A DNA stretch of 64,000 bases from the human T2T-CHM13v2.0 reference genome, Homo sapiens. The DNA lies in NCBI RefSeq assembly GCF_009914755.1, contig NC_060938.1, one strand, 5' to 3'. Positions 42,821 to 56,507 of this stretch are shown piece after piece. A program made the position numbers and the translations under genes. The notes below the pieces were generated by a model. It did no database searches. It was not told the origin of the DNA and was given only the letters and a program-made list of their open reading frames with translations. Each line of letters begins with the position of its first letter. The stretch's first letter is position 1.

Positions 42821-44119
42821 CCCAGGCTGCACTTCCCTTCCCTGTGGGCTGCACCCGTAGAAGTATAGAAAATGTAATGTCTGTTGAATATAAAATCGTA
42901 CCACTGAATTGTTCTAGTGATGAGGTTAGATTTTGTTGTCATGTGCATTGTCACCATAGTGACCCGTGGCATATATTTTTAACATACTTGGTTGGGTTTG
43001 AGAGAAATCTGTGGACGTAATTTTTTGTTTGTGTCAAGCTCTATGACTCATGCAGTGATTGGTCCCATGATCATGGCCTATTAGTGAAAACCTCCAAAGG
43101 TCAGGTGGCCAAGGTGTTCCCACATTTTTTCTATATAACTTGTTTCCTAATAGTCTGCCTTTCTACCTATGATTAAAAATAATTTTTATATACAACATTA
43201 TTTACATTTCAAACATCTCTACGAAGTCATGCCATTTTAAGGAGATGAAAACAGCCACAGAGTTGAGTGACTTGCTCCAAATCACATAACTAAGCCAGGA
43301 CTAGAATCCCAGACTTTCAGATTTTCTCTGCCCTGGGTTATAATCTCTTGTTTTTCAGTGATAGACCTGAGTCAGTCTGAGATGCTTATTTATGAAACAG
43401 TATACCATGAATATTTATTATCTTTCTTGGGCATGCTTTTCTACACATTTTGAATACTTTCAACAGGGATTACCCAAGAATGCAACATCTACCTGTAATA
43501 AATGGGGAGAAAATTAGTTGCCTGAGAGAACAGAATATTAAGCACACAAATACTTTCCAACACAGGGTTGTAAATTGTGCTCCTCATTTTAAGGTGCTGT
43601 ATGTGCATGTTTAAGGAATTATTAATCAGTGTATTCTGCTTGCTTTCTGTATTAACCAGTTCCAGAGGATAGCCTTAGAAATGAGTGTATTTTGAATCTT
43701 AAAGTTTCTTTATATGCGGCACAGTGTATAATGTCGTAAGTTAAGAAAAATCTGTTATCTTTCAAAGAAGTTACGTAGTTTCAAAAATGAGGTTTTGTAA
43801 TCAGTGTTGAAAAAACTCTGAACTATGACTTACTTTGAGGATGATCCTTGAGCTCATGTATTTGATCTGCTCAAAAGTAATAACTAAAGCTGAGTTAAAC
43901 AGTTGTTATTTATTTCAGGGTTCTGATTTTTCCCAGCTGGCTACACAAATGGCCTGTCTGAATCCTAGTTTAGTGTGTTTTCCACGATGGGCAGAAGTCA
44001 GAACATTATCTGCTTCTGTGAGGATCATAATAAAAAGTTAGTTTTAATTACGAGTTTAAAGGAATTTTAGATTTTTTTCAGATGCAGTATTTTAAAGGAA
44101 CAAAACTCCTGTGTTGCCT

Positions 44120-44433
44120 TTTGTTGTTGTTGTTGTTGTTGTTGTTTCCTAGAGACAGGTTCTTGATCTGTCACTCAGGTTAGAGTGCAGTGATGTGTTC
44201 ATAGCTCACTGTAACCTTGAACTCATAAGCTCAAGCCATCCTCCTGCCTCAGCCTCCTGAGTTGTGAGGACTATGGAAGTGTGCCACCATGCCTGGCTAA
44301 TTTTTTAAGTTTTTGGAGAGATGGGGTCTTGCTCTGTTGCCTATGCTGGTCTTGAACTCCTAACCTCAAGCAATCTTCCTGCCTCAGCCTCCCCAGGTGT
44401 TGTAATAATAGGTGCGAGCCACCATGCCCAGCC
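44120..44433 (-). mobile_element. AluJ, antisense, with (TTG)n tail
   Basis: Reverse Alu consensus with AluJ diagnostics. Confidence 0.9.
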
Positions 44434-45792
44434 TTGTGTTGCCTCTTGGTAAGAAATAATAAAAAGAAATTAGTAGCTTGTTTACCTGGTACCAGATTTG
44501 GAGGGGGCTGAGTATAATTTTTACTGAGTGGTATGTGGTTGGAAAATAGGCCACATTTAGCCTTGAATTGTTTAGAAATCAAATGCGATTCAGAATTGAA
44601 GAGGACATTGCTGGGCTATGAAATAGGGTACTAACAAGGCTATTTTTGTAGCAAAATGGCCAAAAGCTGAAATAAATCTTCTTAGTCTGTGATGCTTGTA
44701 GCATCCTTTGTTAAGTAAAGCACAACACCCTGGACAAGCGACTAGTTATGACTTCCAAATAGATTGATAATGGCCTTGCATGTTGTAGTTAGAGACACTG
44801 TAGCTGTATCTGTATACCTGTAATATAGCCTGGGAAGTTCTGTTGCTGCAGAGTTATCATTAAAGTCACTTGGAATTGAAAAAGATACAGAGTGTTGAGA
44901 CAAAGGAACTAGGCTGGCACAGTCATTGCTGATGCGATGGGTTCTCCACTTTGGCTCCAGGCGAAGGCTCCTGGTGGTGATGCATGATTGATTTCAGGTC
45001 TTTGTTTCATTTTGGCTTCATTACTGTGATTCTGAGCCACACAGGTTTTTCCCCCTGGGGAGAAGACTATGTAAAAATCTCAGCGTTAGAAGCTGTGTTC
45101 AGTGCCCTATATGTCTTGTGAACCTATCTGAGCTGGGCTGAGAGCAGAGTGGCTTACTGTAGCAGCTGTGGATGCAGTCTAGTTGGAGGCATGGCTTGGA
45201 GGACGTCATGGTTCATGCGATGGTTGGAGGGATGGTAAAAGCAGTTAGCTCTTGTCAGCTGCTTCCCTCTGCTAGTGCTTGAGCTGCCAATTTTATTTGT
45301 CAGTATTTCCTGATCTCCCACTCCTGTTGTGAAAGGTCACAGAGTTACTGTCACTGGCAACAATTTCGCCCCTTAGAAGAAAACTGGTACAGAGGGAAAG
45401 GGTGAGGAAAATGGTGAGTTCCATCACTCAGAACTAAATGCAAGTGGCAGAGAGATGCTTTCTCCTGTGTTAACGTCTCCAAAAGATGAACATCAAATGC
45501 CCGGAAACAGCAACATCAAAAAGAAGGAAGATGAGAAGTATTGTTGAAGAGTATGGACCTACAGGGTTTTTAACAAGTCCAGCAAAACAAACTATGGCCA
45601 AAAGAAGAAATTTTTCTGTCACTGCGAGTAGACATCATAAATGCTTGGTAAAATTGCCAGATTTAGGGAATAAAAAATTTTTAAAGTACAGTGTTGAAGA
45701 ATGGGGCATGTCATGAAGACATTCAGCAAAGAAGCAATCTTGGCAAGGTGGAGAAGTGGGAAGCAATGGGGAGAGAAAGGGAGATGCCCAGA

Positions 45793-45946
45793 GCAGGAAT
45801 TCTCAATGTGTGGTCCCTAGGCCAACAGCATCAGCACATCTTGCCCTCACCAGACCTACTGAATCCGAAACTCCCAGCGCAAGGCCCAGCAGTCTTCAAC
45901 AAGCCCTCCAGGGGTCTTTGGTGCATGCTCAAGTTTGAGAACCATA
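45793..45946. mobile_element. MER5A
   Basis: ttctcaatgtgtggtccc...agacctactgaatc...aagtttgagaacca. Confidence 0.75.
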
Positions 45947-45962
45947 GGCTTTGCCACGGTTA

Positions 45963-46517
<555 letters not shown>

Positions 46518-49500
46518 TCAATGAATTGTTAGTCTACGAATGATAGTCATTTTTCACAATTGGCAGTAAAAATAGGATTTGTGTAAGGTATGAGTTTACC
46601 ATATTTGTTCATTAGATCTTAGTTTCAAGGGAAAGTATCATGTATTTTCCAGCATGATAATGATGAATCATTTAAAGTACGGCTCATAAAAATGAAAAAA
46701 AAAATTGGAAGAAAAAAACACCTTGGGTACATAGATGTGTAATAAATACCTGTTGAGTTATTGGTAATCTCTTGCTAGGACTGAATCTCAGTACTTCAGA
46801 GCATGTAAAAATCAATTTTCTGTGATCCCACTTAATCACACCGTGTTTTCTTTTTTTAGATTTCAGCTAGCAATTTTGCAGGGGTTGGAGACCAATAGCG
46901 ATGTCATGCTTTTTGGTTGTTGTTATTGTCTGACTCGTGGATTCAGCATTTCAGAATATGGTACTCTAATCTTAAGGCTTTGAAAAGAAACCATGGCCAT
47001 TTTTTCTTCATATTTTACCTTTATTAATTGGGCTGGGTCCTAACTGGTTGCCAGAGCCCAGAAATCCAAGTTCTGTCTTTTCAGGGAATATGCATAGCTA
47101 AAGAGTTCATTGTGTTTGCAAAGGTGTACTAGGAGTTCTCATTTCCTCAGATGCTCATGTCTGTAGGCTGTTAAGCTCTCATTTCAATTTTTGCAGTCTT
47201 TTAAAACACCACACTTCTTTTCCATCTTGAAGACCAGTTAAAACTACCTCTGGCCAAAAATGTTAGTGTTACTAGATATTATCAAGGTGTGAGACTAAAA
47301 AGTTAGAAGGCTTTAAGATGTAAATTATATAAGTTAATGTTTTCTTTCCCTAAAAGTTCTGACCCTTGCTGACCCCTCAATCAAATGTTTTTAATTGAAA
47401 GGGGAAAGAAAATATCAGAGAACTTAAAGATGGCCTTTGTGACTTTGACTCAAAATCAATGCATTTCATTATGTATGGGTCCTACACCTTGCTTCCTCAA
47501 GTGGCCATGAAAAAAAATCTCACGACCATGCAAACTGATGCCACCCCAAAGTCATGGTAACGATTTGAATTGCTCTCAGTATTGATGTCAAACCCCCTCC
47601 TGTTGTCAGCAGCTTATTGCAAACTGGCCATTCTAAACCCTTTTACCCCCACCTTCTCTCAATCTTAGCAGTTAATCTCAGCCCTCCCCCACCACATAAC
47701 AGCCTCGGGCAGAACTTCCCACTTAGACACCCACACACACACACGCTTCCTTACCTTCTTGCCAGTGCCTGTCCTGCCCAAGACGAACCCCTTTTCCTGT
47801 GCCCTAGGACCTCTCCCTTGATAAATGACTTGATCTAGCTACAGCCTCACACTCCTGGCACATACAGCTTTGCATTTAAACATGTTCAGATACTCCTTCC
47901 TTCAAACAAAAGACCTTTCCTCAACCCTTTGAAAGCCTGAGTACCACTAAGGTATACTGCCCTTATCTGCACTCTGTCCATTCTGCAGTCTACCGAGGCA
48001 GTGGTTTTTAACCCTGGCTGCATGTTAGGGTCACCTGGGAAGTTTTAAAAAGTCCTAATTCCTGGACTGGACCACAGACCAGTTAAATCAGCATGGGGAG
48101 GTGGGGATGGGTTTCAGTCTTTAAAAAGAAATGTAGCTGAGGCTGAGAACCACCACTCTAAAACCTGGCTGCTACCCTTGCTACCATTAAAACTGTTCTT
48201 GCTGGATTCACCCACCAGTGACTTCTACTATTAAAATTTAGCCCATAGGTTGATTTTTATGACACTGATGCTGTATAACCACTTCCTTCTTTGGAATGCT
48301 CCCTTTCCTGACCCTACTTTCCTGATTTTTCTGCCACTTCTTTGCTCTTTCTCAGTTTCTCTGGAGTTGTTTGGTAGGTCAGTCTAGCACAGACTGGATG
48401 CCGGTCTCTGCCGCCACCTCCGTTATTTCAGTGAACACCTGTATGCCAGTGAGTTCCTTTGCCATACCACCTTAATGCACCAACTTAAAAGCACAGATTA
48501 GAGTGGAGCATTCACATTTATTACTGCAGGCTTCTAGGAAAGCATATTAAAGGTCTCTGGTCCTTCTCTCACCTCCCTTGTTCCTCCTCCAAGCCCAGTG
48601 AGGTAGGAGGAATTGCTAATTAGATTAGTGAGATTCTAAGGTGGGTCACTCCTGTTTACTTATGAGTTGCTATTTATGAAAAGATGGCCTGGACTGTGTT
48701 CCCTCTTCTGCTTTCTCCTCTTCCGGGTCTTGGACTGGTAAGGGGGCCTGTGCCCAAAAGGGGCTCCTCCACCTAATGCTGTCTTTAATCTGTGGCTTTC
48801 TGCTGCTGGTTAATTTTTTAATTTGGCTTCCTCAAGCCTTTTTGGCCTTGAACTTCATGTTGATTTTTATCAAAGAACTTTTTATTGGGGCATCAGCACT
48901 AGCCCTATGAATACAGTGAAACTTGGGGTTCCACTTTCATCAGATGTGACCCTGTGTGTTCCTGATGTCTTTGAATCACTAGTTTCTGATTCAAAATATG
49001 GGGTAGGTGGATCTGATTAGTAGTCATATGCCTGTGTCCTGGCTAGGAAGTCAGAATGAGGTTATCTGGAAAGTTGAGCTTCCTCACACATGGGAAGGTA
49101 CTTCAGATGCTGGACAGCCAATAAGAATAACAAAGGTCCACCAGAACCATTGCCCCAGTCACTGATTGAACAAACATTTACTGAACACTGATGAAGCGAA
49201 GTCCTCCTCAGGGACCTCTTAGGGAAGAGGGTAACTGCCCTAAAGCAGGATACTCCTGGGCTCCTTAGATATACTATCCTTGAAACTATTAGGCCCCTGT
49301 CCAGAGTACCTAATAATAATAATGGCAAATATGTATTTGGTGGTCTGCCATTTGGAAGCAACATCTCACTTATTCAACAACTCTAAAGGTAGGTACTTTT
49401 ATCTCCATTTTAAAACAATGAAATACACTTACAGTTACAGACAAACTTGCTCGAGTCACATATCTATTAAGTGTCAGTCAAGATTCAGATTCAAGTCTGA

Positions 49501-51099
49501 TGTTAAAGAGTGTCTGTTCCCAATCAATACCTCTGCTGCCTCTTTTTACAAACTGAACTGTTGGAGGGCATGTACATATGCATAAGCTGTGGGCCACTGG
49601 GCCATGGGCCAGTGTCTGATGAGACCTCTTTATTGACTTGTTTGTCCCGGTGGGCTGTTTCTCTACCAGGCAACTGTGAATGGGCTCATCCCTTCTCTGT
49701 GCGTACATGATTGAAAGGAGATAGCCGGTTTCTGTGACATCCTCTTATAACAACCTAGTTTTGTTCTTGAGAGTGACCAGAGCAAGAGAAAAGTCAATGA
49801 AATTTTGCAGATCTTGCAAACCTGTGGCAATAAGAAGGTATTATCCTTTCTGTACCAAGGCACAACTGATTCCTAAGCGAGGGGGATATGTGTTCTGAGA
49901 TGTTAATGTTAGTGATAGACTGTTTTCAACACCTTGGTAAACATTTCTTTTGACTGTTAGCAAAAGCTGCCTTAACAGTCTTGGCTTTTAGAAATGCCCC
50001 TTCATTCATTAGATGTGTATGGAACACATCTTATGCCAAGCACTCTGCTAGGAGCTGGGTATACAGAGAAGAAAGGCATTCCTGCTCTCATGATGTTCAT
50101 GGTCTTCTGCGGAAGAGACCAGAAAAAAAGTATTACAATGTAGAATGAAATAAGAATGACAGGGTATTTTGGCAGCAAGGAGGAGGGCACTTTAACTCAA
50201 ACTGGGCAGTGGAAGAAGTAAAAAAAAACATTGAAAGAAATCCTGAAGGATAAGCAGGAGTTAAGAAGAGTGGATGAAGCCCTCCAAGGGTAAAAGCATG
50301 GTTTATTCAGAGCACTGCAAGTGTTTTAGTATGGCCCACATGTAAAGCTTACAGAGGAACAAAGAGAGAAAGGCAAGAGCCAGGAAGTGAAGGGTCCTGT
50401 GTATACTGGCTTACTTGTTGAGTTGGAGAACTATTGCCGTATTCCTCTGCTAAGCTCAGGGTGCATTCGTGGAAACCCTACTGCAACTGGCCCATTGTGC
50501 ATACAAAGCTGGAACTGAGATGTGAACAGATTTGCATTGCCTTGATCACCTTCCGTGGGAAATATAGCTAGGCCCACTTATTGGTAGGAGCTACTGACAT
50601 GTTAAAACTAGGTTAAACTGAATTGGAAGTAATGGTGTATTTGGAATCATGGCTGACTGATTCCATTACATGTTCTAGCATGATACCAGTCTGAGGTTAT
50701 TCCCCTTGAACCACCGACTTAGTAGAGTTTAATGCACAATGTGATGGTCTTAGTTCCTTGTACTGTTCTTCAGTGTCAAAGTTGTTCAACTACCAGTTAA
50801 GTTTTTTGGGCTTTGTTTCTCAGTAGTGACAATAAATTTGTGTTGATCTATTTACACCTTTTGGACTGAACACCTTAGCAATCATTGATATTTTAAGCCT
50901 ACAGGAAGTGCCCATGGGATAAAACCAATCTGCTGGCTCACACTAAGTTCTGATCCCATGATTTTGGTCTCATTAATACCGTGCTATAAATAAAGTTAGC
51001 TAAATCTTTTGAAACTGCATAAAAGTGAAATAATTATGAGTTTTGGGCCAACATTTTTCCTGAACAGCTTCTGACTGACCAGCATTTTAAATTAGGCGA

Positions 51100-53600
51100 T
51101 GCAGTCTAGCTTTTGTACATAGAAATAAGAAAGTGACTTATGTTCCATTATTAAAATAGTATAGGGAGGACAGGTAAATTACTAATTTTTCATTGCTCAT
51201 AGTAGAGAATTAAGGTATATTGACTAGTGAAATAGAGGATTATGGGGATCATATGAAAATATGATTAAAGAGATTATCACTAGAAGAAAAATTCAGACTG
51301 CTAATTATGAGAAAAAACATGTATGCACAACCAAACAAATCACAAAAATGAAAGATGTCTAAAACCATAGAATAGGAACAAATGTACCTGTCATATTAAT
51401 AAAAGTAAACTTATCTGTAGATAAAAGGCAAAAATGTCAGCAAACACTAATTTCATGTTATAAGATTCAGAAAGGTTGAGCAAAAGTAAACCAAGCAAAC
51501 ACAAACAAGAAAATGAGTTGTAGTCTGCATATCAGGCAAGGTTGAACTTAGGGAAAAGGAACCGGAAAAAAAAAAACCAAAAAAAACCACGACATAATGC
51601 TAAAGGGTGTGACTCACGAGATAATGTTTCTAGATATCTGTGTACCAAATAATGGAAAACCATTTATGTATTGGAAACCATAGGAGACACAGGAAGAAAC
51701 AAATACAATGTTAGTTGGATATTTTAATTCAATTCTGTCAATTCATGACAGATCAAGTGGATAAAAAACTAGGACATGGGATGATTTAAATAAGATACAG
51801 AAGATCTAGTTGATGCATATTAGACTTTACCCTAAAAGTGGTAACTACACTTCAAAGTATCCATGAAACATTTCCCCATTTGACTGTGTATTAGAGCGTA
51901 CAGAAAACATAAGTTTCAGAACAGAAAAAAGGAACAACAGATGGCATTTGCTGATAAAAATGCAATAAACTTAGAATTTGAGGATAGGTGGTCAGAAAAA
52001 AAAATGCAATAAATTAAAGCCAGAAAACACTGCTCATCTGCAATCCAAAATGTTTTTAAGCTCTTCAACTATTCTTGGGTTGATTAGGAAATGCAAAGTA
52101 TTAAAAAAACATTTCATATCTAAAATATAAACTTGTTCCTCTGAGATACAAATAAAACAGTGCTCAGAGGAAAATTCATTGCCCTAAAATTTATGTATTA
52201 AAAAATAAGATAAATGTCATATAACTCAAAATATTAGGAAAAGGAATCTTTTAAAGGCAGGCTAAAAGAATCAAGAAAAATTAATTAGAAAAATGAGGAA
52301 ACAAAGCTAATTTTTAAAATATGTAGTAAAATATGTAACATTTTAGCTAACATTACAAGAGAAGACAAACACAAAATAAGAATTACCAAGTATTGAATAG
52401 GTAAGAGTCATAAAATATTCTTTGCTCAACTGTATGCAAACAATTTAAAAACTTGGATTAAATGGATAATTTTCCAGGAAGGTATAGTTTGCCAAAAAAT
52501 GACATCAAAAGAAATCTAATATAACAATTGTCATAGAAGAAATGAAGTAAGTATTTCAATTAGCATGACAGACTAAATACTTTTAAAGACCCAATGAAAA
52601 CAAAGAAATGCATTTGGAGAATTAACAGAAACTTTTTGTAACACCAATTTTTTATTTTACATTTTAAAGCATGGAATGGAATTTATTGTAAAGACGTGTA
52701 TTTTATAGAATCCAAGCAAAAGCTCACCAGCCAGAGATAAAGTGAGGCCAGCTCAGGGAATGTGAGCAGTGGCGATTTATTCCCTCTGGTGTTCCATGTT
52801 AGCCTGACACAGAGCCCCCTCTTCACATTCTCAGGGGCTCTTGATCCAAAACCTTTTTTAAAAAAAATAATTTTAGACTTAACAGAAAATCTGCAAAAAT
52901 AGATTTCCTGTGTGCCCTTCTCTCAGCTTCTTCTAATGTTAACTTACATACCAATGGTACAATTATTGAAACTAGGAAATTAACATTGGCACAATCCTAT
53001 TAACTACATACTTTATTTGAATTGTAGCTGTTTTCCCAGTAATGTTGTTTTTCTGGTTCGGTATTCAATCCAGGATCCATATGTACTTGGGTCTTTCTGG
53101 GTTTTCTGTTCCACTGGTCTACTTGTGCATGGTACCACACTGTTTTAATTATAGAGACTTTATAGTATGTTTTAACAACTGGCAAGGCTAGTCCCCCTTA
53201 TAATTTTTCCTATTGTGCTTCTGGCTATTCATACATGTTTGTTTTTCCATGTGAACTTTAGTATCAACTTGTCTAAATTCATTTTTTAAGGTACATTGGT
53301 ATTTTATTGATATTATATGATATTAACTGATTTAGAGAGAACTAACATCTTTAAAATGTGGTGTCATCCTATCCAAGAATAGGAGATGTATTTCCATTTA
53401 TTCAAGTCTATTTTGTGCCTTTTAGCAGTGTTTTAAAATTATCCTTGTGTAGGTTTTGTGCATTTCTTGCTAAGCTTATCCCTAAGTATTTAATTTATTT
53501 GCTAGTAAATGAGATTTCCTCTGCCATTATGTCTTCTAACTGGTTATTGCTCTCTATATAAAAGCTACTGATTTTGTATGCTAATATATCTTGCTACCTT
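51100..53600. mobile_element. Ancient L1M fragments (sense about 51.1-52.55 kb, antisense about 53.09-53.6 kb)
   Basis: A-rich degenerate ORF2-like sequence. ORF 53000..53185 retains KTYYK..IKTVWY...DQWN. Confidence 0.6.
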
Positions 53601-53619
53601 ACCTAATTTTTTTAAAAAA

Positions 53620-53928
53620 ATAAACAACAGAAATTTATTTCTTATGGTTTCACAGTCTGGGAAGTCCAAGATCAGGGTGCTGGCTGATTCAATGTCTGGT
53701 GAGAGCTTGCCTTCAGGTTCATAGATGGCACCTTCTAATTGTGTCCTCACATGGTGAAGGGAACTAGTTAGCTCTCTGGGGTCTCTTTTATAAGGGCATA
53801 AATCCCAATCACTAGGGCTCCACCCTCCTAATCTAGTGACCTCCCAAAGGCCCTGTCTTCAATGCCAACACTTTGGGGGTTAGGATTTCCACCTGTTTTC
53901 GGGGGACACAAACATTTATACCATAGCA
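53620..53928 (-). mobile_element. MLT1A-type MaLR LTR (partial)
   Basis: aaacaacagaaatttatt...gggaagtccaagatcagggtg...ggggacacaaacatt..accatagca. Confidence 0.8.
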
Positions 53929-54037
53929 GTCAGTAACAAACTCTTTTTGTTTTGCAGCCAAAGGTCAGTCAGTTTTATCTTCTTAGCTTAGTATAATCTA
54001 AGCCCTAAAACCATGAAATGCATGGGAAAGGTTTTTT

Positions 54038-54158
54038 TTTCTCTTTTTCAACTTTTATTTTAGATTTGAGGGGTGCATGTGCAGGTTTGTTACCTGGGTA
54101 TATTGCGTGATGCTGAGGTTTGGGGTATGAATGACCTGTTACCCAGGTACTGAGCATC
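54038..54158 (-). mobile_element. Older L1PA 3' end fragment
   Basis: caacttttattttagatt...catgtgcaggtttgttacctgggtatattgcgtgatgctgaggtttgggg. Confidence 0.8.
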
Positions 54159-54296
54159 CGTACAGAATTCTTTTACTTTTGAAGTTAGTTTTATCATTGC
54201 TCCTCTAGAAAAACAAACAAAAAAACCAAAAATTATTTCTAAACACCCAGAATAATAATAAGAAATGAAAAAAATCTATAGAAGTAAAAAATGACA

Positions 54297-55099
54297 GACA
54301 TTTATGCAGCCAAAAAACACATGAAAAAATGCTCATCATCACTGGCCATCAGAGAAATGCAAATCAAAACCACAATGAGATACCATCTCACACCAGTTAG
54401 AATGGCAATCATTAAAAAGTCAGGAAACAACAGGTGCTGGAGAAGATGTGGAGAAATAGGAACACTTTTACACTGTTGGTGGGACTGTAAACTAGTTCAA
54501 CCATTATGGAAGTCAGTGTGGCGATTCCTCAGGGATCTAGAACTAGAAATACCATTTGACCCAGCCATCCCATTACTGGGTATATACCCAAATGACTATA
54601 AATCATGCTGCTATAAAGACACATACACACGTATGTTTATTGCGGCATTATTCACAATAGCAAAGACTTGGAACCAACCCAAATGTCCAACAATGATAGA
54701 CTGGATTAAGAAAATGTGGCACATATACACCATGGAATACTATGCAGCCATAAAAAATGAGGAGTTCATGTCCTTTGTAGGGACATGGATGAAATTGGAA
54801 ATCATCATTCTCAGTAAACTATCGCAAGAACAAAAAACCAAACACCACATATTCTCACTCATAGGTGGGAATTGAACAATGAGAACACATGGACACAGGA
54901 AGGGGAATATCACACTCTGGGGACTGTGGTGGGGTGGGGGGAGGGGGGAGGGATGGCATCGGGAGATATACCTAATGCTAGATGACGAGTTAGTGGGTGC
55001 AGCGCACCAGCATGGCACATGTATACATATGTAACCTGCACAATGTGCACATGTACCCTAAAACTTAAAGTATAATTAAAAAAATAAAATAAAAATTAA
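54297..55099 (+). mobile_element. Young 5'-truncated L1 (L1PA2-like), ~0.8 kb, with intact ORF2p C-terminus
   Basis: ORF 54291..54875 is the ORF2p C-terminus ending SLIGGN. 3' UTR has GAG, not ACA/ACG, at the Ta diagnostic site. TSD aaaaaatgaca at 54286-54296 and 55100-55110. Confidence 0.93.
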
Positions 55100-56285
55100 A
55101 AAAAATGACATGAAAGCTTAAACCTGGGAAAGCAAGTAAGACAAAAGCCATCTTTTACCTTGAAGATCAGGGTAAGCCCTGATTACCCTGAGCCTCTGTT
55201 GTGCTGACTGAGATGGATGCAGGAGGTAAAGCAGGGCCTGCTCAAGGCAGGAAGTTTAATCTGAGATCTCCCACAAAGTGGGGAACCTCCAAGTGCTACC
55301 CTTACTGTGTAAAGGTAAACACTAAATAAGCCACCAAGCAGAAATAACAGCAAGGAAAATTGCCTTTCTTGACCTTGGCCCTGGGTGGAGGAAAAGCTGT
55401 TCCTGTCTCACCAACCTAAAAATGTTTAACAAGTTGTCCCTTACATAGAGAGTTGGGCCTCAAATTTATGCTACTTGTATGTTGCAAAATACTGCATGAG
55501 GAAATTTAATTTACAGTAGACCCAAGCCAGTTGTAACCCCAGATAACTACTAGAAGCAACCACAAATTCTCTCTGGAGGAATGAGCCTTCAATCCAGGTA
55601 TCAGATAACTCTCATAGATAAAGTTATGAATATGAACAACTTAAGCCAATATATTTGAAAGCTTAGACAAAATTCCTAGGGAAAATAATTTCTCAAAACT
55701 CATTCAGGGGAAATAGAATGCTTGATTAGTTTTGTAACATTAAACAAATTTAATAAGTAGTTTAAAATCTGGGCCTTTGTACTCTGCGGAAAGATTTTAT
55801 GGGACCCCCACAATGCCATCAGTTTTTTTTCTGGAGCTTGACACATTGATTGTAAAGTTCATTTGGAAGAACAAATGAACAAGAGCAGCCCGAGGAAAAC
55901 CTTTTAAGAGAGCACTTGGTAGGAGGAGGGCTAGTCCCACTACATATTAAAACATAAAACACAACTCTGAAAGTGTGGTATAGGTGCATGCATAGATTAA
56001 TGGAACGATATAGAAAATTCTGAAACAGGCCCAATTGCATATGAAAGTTCAGGATACAATAAAGGTGGTGCCCTAAGTCAGTGGGGGAAAAGATGGATTA
56101 TAAAAATGAAGGGTGTTGAGATAACTGGATATAGTTATATAGCTACATATAAATATATAGCTATACAGGAAAAAGTGGATCTGTTTCTCACACTATGCCA
56201 GGATAATTTTCAAATTGATGAGAGATTTAATTGTACAATTTAAACTATACAACTACTGGAAAAAAAAAGATGAATTCCTCTGTGA

Positions 56286-56507
56286 CAGGGGTCAGCAAGC
56301 CACATAGCCTGTAGGCCAAATCTGACTGACCCAAGGCCTAGTTTTGGACTGCTGCAAGCTAAGAACGGTGTTTTGTTTTGTTTTTTCTGCCACCTTTAAA
56401 GTGTTCAATAACAAAAGAGGAGACCATGGAACAGAGACTTTATGTGGTCGTAAACTCTAAAATATTTGCTATCCAAACTTTTATTTAAAAAAGACTGTGG
56501 ACCCATG
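56286..56507. mobile_element. MER58-like hAT-Charlie element
   Basis: caggggtcagcaa...gcctgtaggccaaatctg...aaaatatttgctatc. Confidence 0.7.

Larger units (their letters stand above)
41014..43520 (+). other. GPATCH2L: GPATCH2L 3' UTR (minimum extent, probably much longer)
   Basis: First ATTAAA I see after the stop is at 43172 and first AATAAA at 43497. Further AATAAA at 44671, 46741, 50831 and 53619. The true end cannot be fixed from sequence. Confidence 0.6.

Noticed and set aside
48461-48481. gccataccaccttaatgcacc resembles the 5' end of 5S rRNA
   Set aside because: Only about 20 nt with mismatches, and similarity does not continue into box A or box C.
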